This document shows, one piece after another, positions 54,893 to 64,000 of a DNA stretch of 64,000 nt. Where the stretch lies: assembly GCA_026770705.1 (NCBI GenBank), contig JANJGN010000035.1:8990001-9054000 (forward strand). The letters run 5' to 3'. Source of the stretch: Isurus oxyrinchus. Lineage: Eukaryota. A program made the translations under genes and the position numbers. Within the stretch, counting starts at the first letter, position 1. The number at the start of each line of letters is the position of its first letter. The notes beneath the pieces are model-generated. The model was not told the origin of the DNA. It ran no database searches and saw only the letters and a list, made by a program, of their open reading frames with translations.

Positions 54893-56979
54893 AATTAAAT
54901 GTGTGAGTTGTCAGCTGCCTCTAACTACCTAGTAACCTCTTCTCCTTCTGGCCATCTTCTACGATATGTACGAAGACATGAGCGGCAAAGTAGGTGGTAG
55001 AAGGGCAAAGCTAATATGCCTTCTTCTAAAACGATATTTTGGAAGGAAAATTAAATAATCAAAACACAGATGTATTGTAATTATCAGTATGAATTGCAAT
55101 AAAAAAACTGAAGATTGATGTGAGGAATGATTTGCATCAGTAATCCGCATATGTTTGATACTGATTGGGTATCATTTGGAATATGATGGGACGGTAACAG
55201 AAATAGAGAAGTGTGGTTGGGTTGGAGGACACTTAGTAAGGTCGATATTGAAGTGATATATATATTAGGCTATCAAAAACATAGAACATTGGTTGTGGAA
55301 ATTATATCCTATCCGGGACTTTATTTAAATGACCTGTATTGAATGTATATTTGAAGCAAGACTAGCAATGGAAGGTGCTAGTTAGTGAGGTTACAATAAT
55401 GGTTACTGCAGGAAGTAAATGCAAAATGAACTCATGTCCCCGAACCACCATGAGATAAATTATAAGAAAGAAGCTTATAAATAAGATAGTTGCTCAAACG
55501 AGAGTGGTGAAAAGCAAAATGCCTAGAATGTAATTAATTCATTTTATATTTTTCCAACATGTTGAATTAAGTCGATGGTAGAAATAACAATAAACATTCA
55601 ACTGTGTTAATGTGCTACTAGATGGGCTGCTGGTGTAATATCAATACTTCCCATGTTACTTGACAAATAAGAATATTAGCTATATTTAATTCCAAACATG
55701 GCAGCTCTCCATTGAAAGAGCAAAAAACAAAAAAAGTACAGCAAAACAACAGGCCCTTTGGCCCTCCAAGCCTGTGATGATCATATTGCCCTTCAGCTAA
55801 AACAGTTCACACTTCCGCTTTCCATATTCATCTATTCCCAATCTATGCATGTATTTGTCAAGCTGCCTCTTAAACACCACTATTGTAAATGCTTCCACCA
55901 TCTCTTCTGGCAGCTAATTCCAGACACTCACTACCCTCTGTGGAAAAAAAAAATTGTGTCGCGCACTCTTCTATACTTTTTTTCCACTCACCTTGAATCT
56001 ATGTGCCCTAGTAATTGACTCTTCCACGCTGTGAATAAAAAAAAGACCTTCTGACTATCAAGTCGCCCGTCATTCGCTGTCCCTCTAGTGAGAATAATCT
56101 GCGTGTCTCCAACCTCTCCTCATAGCTAATAACCTCCAAACCAGACAGCATCCTCGTAAACCTCCTATGCACCCTCTCCAAAGCCTCCATATATTTCTGG
56201 TAATTTGGCGACCAGAATTCGAAACAATATTCCATGTGTGGCCTAAACGAGGTTATATATAGCTGCAGCATGACTTCTCAGCTGTTATACCCACGGTCCC
56301 AGCCATCGACGGCAAGCTTACTGCATGCCATCCTGGCTAGCTTATCCAACTGCGTTGCCTCTTTCAGTGACCTGTGGACCTGTACGATCCCTCTGCCGGT
56401 CAATGCACTTAATCATTCTCCCATTTGCTGTATAATTTGTGTCTGTATTAGATCTTCCAAAATGCATTACCTTGCATTTGTCCAGATTAAAAGCCAGTTG
56501 CCATATCTCTGTCGAAGTATCCATCTCATCAATATCCCGTTGTATCGTTTGAAAGTTCTCTTCACTATCTGAAACTACTCCAAACTTCGTGTTGTCCACA
56601 AACATACTAATTCGCCTCGCTTCATTTTCATCCAAATCATTTATGTATACTACAAGCAGCAAAGGTCCTAGCACTGATCCCTCTGGTAATTCTCTAAGTC
56701 ACAGCTCTCCATTCAGAAAAAAACACGCTTCCAATACTACCCTCTGTCTCCATGACCAAGGAATTTCTGTATCCAACTTTACAGCTCACCTCTCATCCCG
56801 TGTGACTTTACCTTATGTACCATCTGCCATGAAGGACCTTGTCAAAAGCAATAGTATATTCAAGCATATTACATTCATTGCCCTTCCATCGTCCATCATC
56901 TTTGCCAAATCCTCGAAAAAATCGTTGAAGTTATTGAGACAGGGCCTCCTCTTCACAAAACCATGATGCCTCTCACTAA

Positions 56980-57237
56980 GATAAAAACAAAAAATAAACA
57001 GCAGATACTGGAAATCCAAAACAAAAGCAGAAATACCTGGGAAAAAACTCAGCAGGTCTGGCAGCACTGGCGGAGAAGAATAACGTTGACTTTTCAAGTC
57101 CTCATGGTTATATTTCACCCCTCTCCTATTTTTATTTAGTTCTGTTGAATGTCATGAGGACTCAAAACGTCAACTTTGTTCTTCTCTGCTGATGCTGCCA
57201 TACCTGCTGACTTTCTACAGGTATTTCTGTTTTTGTT
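56980..57237. mobile_element. Inverted pair of Penelope-like termini inserted into CR1, with a 14-bp target-site duplication
   Basis: Flanked by atgcctctcactaa (56966-56979) and atgcctctcaataa (57238-57251). The internal arms are reverse complements of each other. Confidence 0.8.
57138..57175 (+). ncRNA. Hammerhead-like motif, degenerate
   Basis: AGTT-CTGTTGA-ATGTC ATGAG GACTC-AAAAC-GTC-AACT; perfect stem I, but G12 is mutated to A. Confidence 0.45.
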
Positions 57238-58417
57238 ATGCCTCTCAATAATATGCCTATTTTCTTCGAAATGGTAGTTAATCCTGTCACGAAGAAGCTT
57301 TTCCAATAATTTCCCTACCAATGACGTCAGTCTCACAGCCTTTAATTTCCTGGATTATCCTTGCTACCCTTCTTAAACAATGGAACAACATTGGCCATTC
57401 TACAGTCCTCTGCGAACTCAAAAGTAGTCAGTGAGGATACAAAGATTACTGTAAAGGCCCCAGCAATCTCCTACCTTGCCTCCCTCAGTGCTCTGGCGTA
57501 GATCCCATCTGGCTATTGGGACTATTCCACCTAACACAACTTCTTTTTTTTTCTCACCATGATCTAGGCTATCTATACATTATTCCCGCGACGAATCTAC
57601 CTCTAAGTGAATATTGAGGAGAACTATTCATTCAGGATTGCTTCAATTTAAATTTACGAAACCACTTCACGATCTTTCCACATTCTCGCCACTGATGGTG
57701 CTTATTGTCGCTGAACTCCATTCCATGTGTCATATATTTTCCCCTTAAAGGTTTGTTCTCACGTTTTTCCATGACTCATCCGTAATCCTTGATCTCTTTC
57801 ACACACTGAAACCTTAAAAACCCCAAGAGATCTCCTAGTCCCAAAAATTTATTCATCTTTCACATTTCCAAATATTGTGCCCCACGAATTACAAAACATG
57901 TTGTTGTTCTGGTCAATTTCGCAATTCTGAAACAATAATGCGCTTCCCACCTCCTCAAATGCTACCTAATCTGCTGAGAATCTTCTTCTTGGTTATTAAA
58001 TATCGAAAGCTGTTTCATATGATACCTATGCCGAACCTTCAAATTCAATCGTGAAACGTATTCAAATCCCGAAACATATCAATGAATTCCCTGCTTTTAT
58101 GACCAAACTTTTGTTCACCTGCCCTCATACCTTTATGCGGCTTGGCTGCCAAATGGTGCTACGTAAATTAACTTATGAAACAACTCTCCATGTTTTAATG
58201 CTTTGAAAGAAAGATATAAACACAGATTTTTTTTCCCATTCGATATATTTTGAATTTCTCGATTTTGAGGTCATTAATGGAAATATTTTCTTTAGTACAA
58301 TCAGCCTTGTAGTTTTTAAATCGAAACGCTACCAAAGAAAGAAATAACTCAATGGCTCTCATTTTCTCAATGGGTTTGTTCATTGCTTGATTTAATACTG
58401 TTGTAATATGTTTTAAG

Positions 58418-58637
58418 GAGTTCAAAAGTCGAGCTGAATCACTGACCAGAAACGAAGTTTCCCAACTGATTATAGATACCATGCAGGAAAAGGGAGCTCA
58501 TGGTGAAAGAACGTTGTGGATGCTGCTTCATCGCCTGCAGGAAAAGAAGCATAAAAAGATGGTGCCAAAGATGGGTCGGTCAAGGGCAAGCAAAGAAAGT
58601 GATCTGAAATGTGGTGTCCAAAAAAAAATTGAGAAAG
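58418..58637 (+). CDS. Exon encoding the second part of the CARD domain
   Basis: Acceptor gttttaag, phase 0 matching the 52957 donor. EFKSRAESLTRNEVSQLIIDTMQEKGAHGERTLWMLLHRLQ.. fits the CARD helix 4-6 pattern (T R..LLD.V..KG). The 3' end is uncertain (AAAG|gtattt at 58638, or an earlier site). Confidence 0.65.
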
Positions 58638-58729
58638 GTATTTTTTCCACATTAATTCAAGAATGTTCTTTACATGGAAAGCTTCAATGTAAGGCATGAT
58701 TACCAATCATCATCAACCTCAACATCATC

Positions 58730-59100
58730 AAAATTCTTATTGGCGTATGGGATAGGGCGTTTCTGGCACTTTTTTTTCCCATTTCCAAAAACGTGTTTGA
58801 AGGAGTTGTTGGCCGCCTTCTCTCTTGCACCACTGCTCTCGATACTGTTCCTGCAGTTTATGCGCCCTAGAATCTCGGTTTCGCTCCATAGGCTTCTCCG
58901 CCTCTCTCTCTCACTTTTCCCCATTTTATGATGCCTTGCAAATCCTACTTCTTTGACCAAGCTTTTGAGCAACTGATCTAATATGTCCAAATGTACCTTG
59001 ACATCATACATTTTTTTTAATGCTGCAGGCAAGCGCTTTGAGATGTTTCATTAAATTAAGCGCGCTTTAGGCATATCACTCATTGTTGTTGATGATGTTG
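58730..59100 (+). mobile_element. L2-type LINE 3' end
   Basis: ctttgaccaagcttttg..aagcgctttgagatgtttcatt..gcgcgctt followed by a (TTG/ATG)n-like tail cattgttgttgatgatgttg. Confidence 0.5.
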
Positions 59101-59840
59101 TAAGTTATATGTATTGTGTATTTAAAGAGGACATTTCTGGTTAAGTTCTAATTCAGCGGAATGCAATTCATCTGCAGCATCATTTGCAGGAATTTCAGTT
59201 CGAGTGACAATAATAATACTTAGCGAGCATTGCACATCAGGCAATCGATATTAATGTTGCTTGGATAATGTTGGTGCTTATTTTCAAAGTAAGCACAAAA
59301 GGCTAAAATATTGCCGAAACATTAATTATATCCCAATAAATGCTAATAATACAAATGCAGCAATGATCGGTTGAAATGTTTCATAACAGGCTGTTTAAAA
59401 TGAATAACTTTCCTCCCATGTCTTAGCTGATTTTGCAGCTACATTTTTTTTTTGCCATAATGGAAGGGGGACTGTGCGTGTATGCAAGTTTATGGAATTT
59501 AAATGGATTCGATAGTTTAACATAAAATGCGTGACATTCGAAATCAATGTGCATGTAGAACTCGTGGCAACATATTTGACAATCATTTTACATTCAGTTG
59601 TATGCGATCATCCTTATTTATTAAATTGATTTGACTTTATTGCATCTGGCACTTCCGGTCATTGACCATTGTCTCACATCCTATTTTGCTTATGTGCATT
59701 CGGAGAAGTGTCAAGCCATACTTATAACTGACATTGTTCAATAAAGAAAGCTGCACTACACTCACAAATAAGACAGCCTCTTAATTTGACATTATGACAT
59801 ATGTATGTTCAAGAACACACGACTAGATTACACAACCAGA

Positions 59841-59935
59841 GGGAGAGAGACCGAGAGAGAGAGAGTGATAGAGAAAGAGAGAAAGAGAAAAGAAAAGAGA
59901 GAGAGTGAGAGAGAGAGAGAGAGAGACAAAGAGAA
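59841..59935. repeat. (GA)n/purine-rich microsatellite
   Basis: gagagagaga runs; these account for the ERER ORF at 59805. Confidence 0.9.
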
Positions 59936-60199
59936 ACCTAGGCATACGCGTAGATGTTTGCCTTCACGCATACTCATGAAACCTTACGAATCCAAAATGC
60001 ACATAATACAGTTAACAACCTTCCAGAGACAAAATGATTTCTTAACCAGGCTTAGCTGGGGATTGACGTCAAGAGAATGGGAAGGCTTAGCAGTGACTTT
60101 CATGGGACTGTTTGATGGGGACAGTGTAGAGGAAGTTCTACCCTCTATGTAACCCGTGCTGTAAAGGTCTGATTTGTTGAACGCCTGTGTTCACGTTCA

Positions 60200-60252
60200 T
60201 AAATATTTATGTATATCTTTATATATATACATATATAATATATAAATATATA
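60200..60252. repeat. Imperfect (TA)n microsatellite
   Basis: atatatatacatatataatatataaatata. Confidence 0.85.
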
Positions 60253-61009
60253 GTCAGGTCACCAATATGTTTTTTTCCCAAGAACATTTGGCTAATTGCT
60301 AATGAATGATGACGTCACTTATACATCGTGCAAGAAATTTAATGCTGCGTGAAAACCAATAAACAGGCAAGAATGAATTCTGAAACACAATACAATTGGA
60401 TGCATGCATTAGAAAATTCGGATAAGTTACCCAATTTCATACCAGAATGGCACGATCGAGCGATGATGTGCAATTATGAATATATTCTATAGGATACAAA
60501 TGCACTAAAAGCAAATGCACAGCCAGAGGGAGGCAGATACAAGGCAACAACGTATGTATGATCCTGACAGGGACTCAATACAGTGTGGACCGCGATAACT
60601 ATTTGCCAGATGCGAATGCTTATTAGACTTGTAATATTTCAAATACTCTGTGAGACTCCATGATTGCTTGACCCCCATTTGCTTACCTTTTAAACACCAT
60701 ACCAATTCGGTTTTGGAGCGCCATGAAGCCCCGTTTAGATTTGGCATAACATCTTTCAGTAATGATCAACATGAACATCTCTCATTATTCTGTAACATGG
60801 TGAAAGCCCGTACAAGTGTCGAAAGACTGTAGTATAACCTATATTTGCATAGAGATCTGACTGGAATGCGAGAACATTATGAATCCCTGAATGCTCATGA
60901 AACATTTCAAAGTTGAAATACGATGTAAACAGTGAGCGTCTGTCTGGGGATATAATTATTTCTTAGCTGGGGTTGGAGGCAAAGAGGCCGGGAGTGCTGA
61001 GCAGTGTCT

Positions 61010-61340
61010 GTCATGGGAGTATTTGATGGTGACAGTGCAGAGGAAGTTATACCCTATACCTACCATCGTGCTATACATGACCGTGGGGTACTTGAAGGGG
61101 AGAGTATAGATGGATACTCTGTATATAAACCTTTGCTGTATTTTCCCTGAAGGTCTTTGATGGAGACAGCATAGAACGTGCATTATTCTGTATCTAACTC
61201 TGTGCTGCAGATGTGCTGAGAGTGTTTTGTGGGTACAGTATAGAGGGAGATGTATTCTGCATATACCCCAATGCTAAACCTGTCCTTCGAATGATTGATG
61301 GGGCAGCATAGTGGGAGCATCGGTGCTGTATTATCGAACC
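61010..61340 (+). repeat. Degenerate ~68-bp minisatellite (about 5 units; a solo unit at ~60100-60165)
   Basis: Units start near 61015, 61086, 61149, 61218 and 61288, with consensus-like gggagtgtttgatggggacagtgtagagggag..tactctgtatctaacc.gtgctgta. Confidence 0.7.
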
Positions 61341-61925
61341 CTGAGACTTTCCTAATTTCCTTTCCACCACTTAACCCAAAAGTCACTCCTCCCTCCCCCG
61401 ACAACACAGACATAAACATTCCTTATCAAATAAATGGCTTAAATCACACTTTAGAGCCCTGATATAGTAGAAATCGCCATGATTACATCAATTAAAATAT
61501 TTGGCAAACGTCATACATACCTAGTGGACCCATATTCACTGAACGTTACACACAAAAACTATGGAATTCACTCCACTTTAAAATGCAGGCGGCAATGCTG
61601 ACCAACTGCATTAAACAAAGGGAGAAGTGATGTTGAGAGAACCAATATCTTTCAAAGGCATTTGATTCTGGAAAATGGACCAGGGAGTGAACATATGGAC
61701 TAACTAAGCACGCCATCAGCATCAAGAGCGAACTCTTTCACGGCTACTCCTACTGAGAAATAGCTGTGCTGCTCCAATTCTGCTTGCTTATATATTTCAT
61801 ATGTTAAATTTGTGATTGCAGAGGAAGTGTTCAGTTGAATAGGTCCTAATCTTTAAAATGGTGCCTCCAAGCCTCCTCTCATATTGACCTCTGTCCCCAG
61901 CTTGAAGATATGCTTATCTGTTTGA

Positions 61926-62062
61926 TAAAAACAAAAAAACTGCGGATGCAGGAAATCCAAAACAAAAAGAGAATTACCCCAAAAAACTCAGCAGGTCTGG
62001 CAGCATCGGTGGAGAGGAGAAGAGTTGACGTTTCGAGTCCGCATGACCCTTCAACTGAACTG
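61926..62062 (-). mobile_element. Young Penelope-like terminus, single copy
   Basis: aaaactgcggatgcaggaaatcc..cagcaggtctggcagcatcggtggag..gttgacgtttcgagtccgcatgacccttcaactgaact. Confidence 0.75.
62023..62061 (-). ncRNA. Hammerhead-like motif
   Basis: The minus strand reads AGTT-CAGTTGA-A-GGGTC ATGCG GACTC-GAAAC-GTC-AACT, with intact stems I and II and core changes U4A and A6U. Confidence 0.5.
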
Positions 62063-62371
62063 ATTTTTCTTTAAAGAAATATCAGTTATAGATGAGGGAC
62101 AGGCATTGGGGTTTCACATGGTGAGTTACTCGCCGCAAGATGCCTAACCTCTGAAAAATATTGTAGCCATAGTAGTTATGTGGTATTCCATCTATGTATC
62201 TGGTCAATGTTTGCCCCCAGGGTGTTTACATTGTGCTATTAGGTGAGAGTATTGCCACTGATTGCCAAGCTGTCATGGTTGGATTTTCCCTTGTTGGATT
62301 TGATCATGGTTTGACACTTCTGTGGACTGTCATTTGCTGCCTGTCAACACCAAGGTGGATATGGTCCAAAT

Positions 62372-62484
62372 ATAAAAACGAAAAAAAAAACTGCGGATAC
62401 TGGAAATCCAAAACAAAAACAGAATTACCTGGAAAAACTCAGCAGGTCTGGCAGCATCGGCGGAGAAGAAAAGAGTTGACGTTT
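62372..62484 (-). mobile_element. Young Penelope-like terminus truncated at the duplication junction
   Basis: A near-consensus copy ends at gagttgacgttt and runs directly into the duplicated sequence. Confidence 0.8.
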
Positions 62485-64000
62485 TTTTAATTAAATGTGT
62501 GAGTTGTCAGCTGCCTCTAACTACCTAGTAACCTCTTCTCCTTCTGGCCATCTTCTACGATATGTACGAAGACATGAGCGGCAAAGTAGGTGGTAGAAGG
62601 GCAAAGCTAATATGCCTTCTTCTAAAACGATATTTTGGAAGGAAAATTAAATAATCAAAACACAGATGTATTGTAATTATCAGTATGAATTGCAATAACA
62701 AAACTGAAGATTGATGTGAGGAATGATTTGCATCAGTAATCCGCATATGTTTGATACTGATTGGGTATCATTTGGAATATGATGGGACGGTAACAGAAAT
62801 AGAGAAGTGTGGTTGGGTTGGAGGACACTTAGTAAGGTCGATATTGAAGTGATATATATATTAGGCTATCAAAAACATAGAACATTGGTTGTGGAAATTA
62901 TATCCTATCCGGGACTTTATTTAAATGACCTGTATTGAATGTATATTTGAAGCAAGACTAGCAATGGAAGGTGCTAGTTAGTGAGGTTACAATAATGGTT
63001 ACTGCAGGAAGTAAATGCAAAATGAACTCATGTCCCCGAACCACCATGAGATAAATTATAAGAAAGAAGCTTATAAATAAGATAGTTGCTCAAACGAGAG
63101 TGGTGAAAAGCAAAATGCCTAGAATGTAATTAATTCATTTTATATTTTTCCAACATGTTGAATTAAGTCGATGGTAGAAATAACAATAAACATTCAACTG
63201 TGTTAATGTGCTACTAGATGGGCTGCTGGTGTAATATCAATACTTCCCATGTTACTTGACAAATAAGAATATTAGCTATATTTAATTCCAAACATGGCAG
63301 CTCTCCATTGAAAGAGCAAAAAACAAAAAAAGTACAGCAAAACAACAGGCCCTTTGGCCCTCCAAGCCTGTGATGATCATATTGCCCTTCAGCTAAAACA
63401 GTTCACACTTCCGCTTTCCATATTCATCTATTCCCAATCTATGCATGTATTTGTCAAGCTGCCTCTTAAACACCACTATTGTAAATGCTTCCACCATCTC
63501 TTCTGGCAGCTAATTCCAGACACTCACTACCCTCTGTGGAAAAAAAAAATTGTGTCGCGCACTCTTCTATACTTTTTTTCCACTCACCTTGAATCTATGT
63601 GCCCTAGTAATTGACTCTTCCACGCTGTGAATAAAAAAAAGACCTTCTGACTATCAAGTCGCCCGTCATTCGCTGTCCCTCTAGTGAGAATAATCTGCGT
63701 GTCTCCAACCTCTCCTCATAGCTAATAACCTCCAAACCAGACAGCATCCTCGTAAACCTCCTATGCACCCTCTCCAAAGCCTCCATATATTTCTGGTAAT
63801 TTGGCGACCAGAATTCGAAACAATATTCCATGTGTGGCCTAAACGAGGTTATATATAGCTGCAGCATGACTTCTCAGCTGTTATACCCACGGTCCCAGCC
63901 ATCGACGGCAAGCTTACTGCATGCCATCCTGGCTAGCTTATCCAACTGCGTTGCCTCTTTCAGTGACCTGTGGACCTGTACGATCCCTCTGCCGGTCAAT
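62482..64000 (+). repeat. Unit 2 (partial, runs off the window) of the 7,596-bp tandem duplication; includes a CR1 3' end (63341-64000, minus strand)
   Basis: Essentially identical to 54886-56404. One substitution was noticed (aataaaaaaactg vs aataacaaaactg). Confidence 0.95.

Larger units (their letters stand above)
55745..57530 (-). mobile_element. Relatively young CR1 3' half
   Basis: LGPLLLVVYINDLDE..SMFVDNTK..WQLAFNLDKCKVMHFG; LTSLVGKLLEKLLRDRI; HHGFVKRRPCLNN; LY..RPHMEYCFEFWSP. Confidence 0.9.
54886..62481 (+). repeat. Unit 1 of a very recent 7,596-bp tandem duplication
   Basis: 54886-56404 recurs at 62482-64000 with a constant offset of 7,596 (ORFs 54959/62555, 55758/63354, 56008/63604). 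Unit length is inferred from this offset. Confidence 0.85.

Noticed and set aside
58700-59032. 110-aa minus-strand ORF ending in an acidic tail
   Set aside because: Antisense reading of an L2 3' end.
59805-60152. 115-aa ORF with an ERER run
   Set aside because: Translation of a (GA)n microsatellite plus a minisatellite monomer.
61010-61340. CRISPR-like array
   Set aside because: Units are diverged along their whole length with no constant repeat/unique spacer structure, and the context is eukaryotic.

Overview
This is repeat-dense vertebrate genomic DNA. The repeat families present (CR1 and L2-group LINEs, Deu-type and other tRNA-SINEs, Penelope-like termini, a ~68-bp minisatellite) point to a cartilaginous fish, probably a shark; that assignment is inference from recalled repeat families. 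No long intact ORF exists, and most of the ORF track is decayed retroelement sequence. Non-repeat signals: (1) three decayed + strand exons (6437-6535, 8094-8239, 15178-15260) of an uncharacterised EHD/sarcalumenin-like dynamin-superfamily GTPase, i.e. an unprocessed pseudogene; (2) two in-phase, stop-free + strand exons (52800-52957 and 58418-~58637) that splice into a CARD/death-fold domain resembling shark NLR N-termini; (3) an old ~9.76-kb tandem duplication (19803-29561 / 29562-39305) and a nearly identical 7,596-bp tandem duplication starting at ~54886/62482 that captures the second CARD exon; (4) several Penelope-like termini carrying a minimal hammerhead-ribozyme fold with a recurring non-canonical core (CUGUUGA), two arranged as inverted pairs, one with a target-site duplication, and one at the young duplication breakpoint; (5) Ty3/Gypsy remnants with Gmr1-type integrase-before-RT order. 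All homologies were recognised by eye or from memory, not by database search, and repeat boundaries are approximate.
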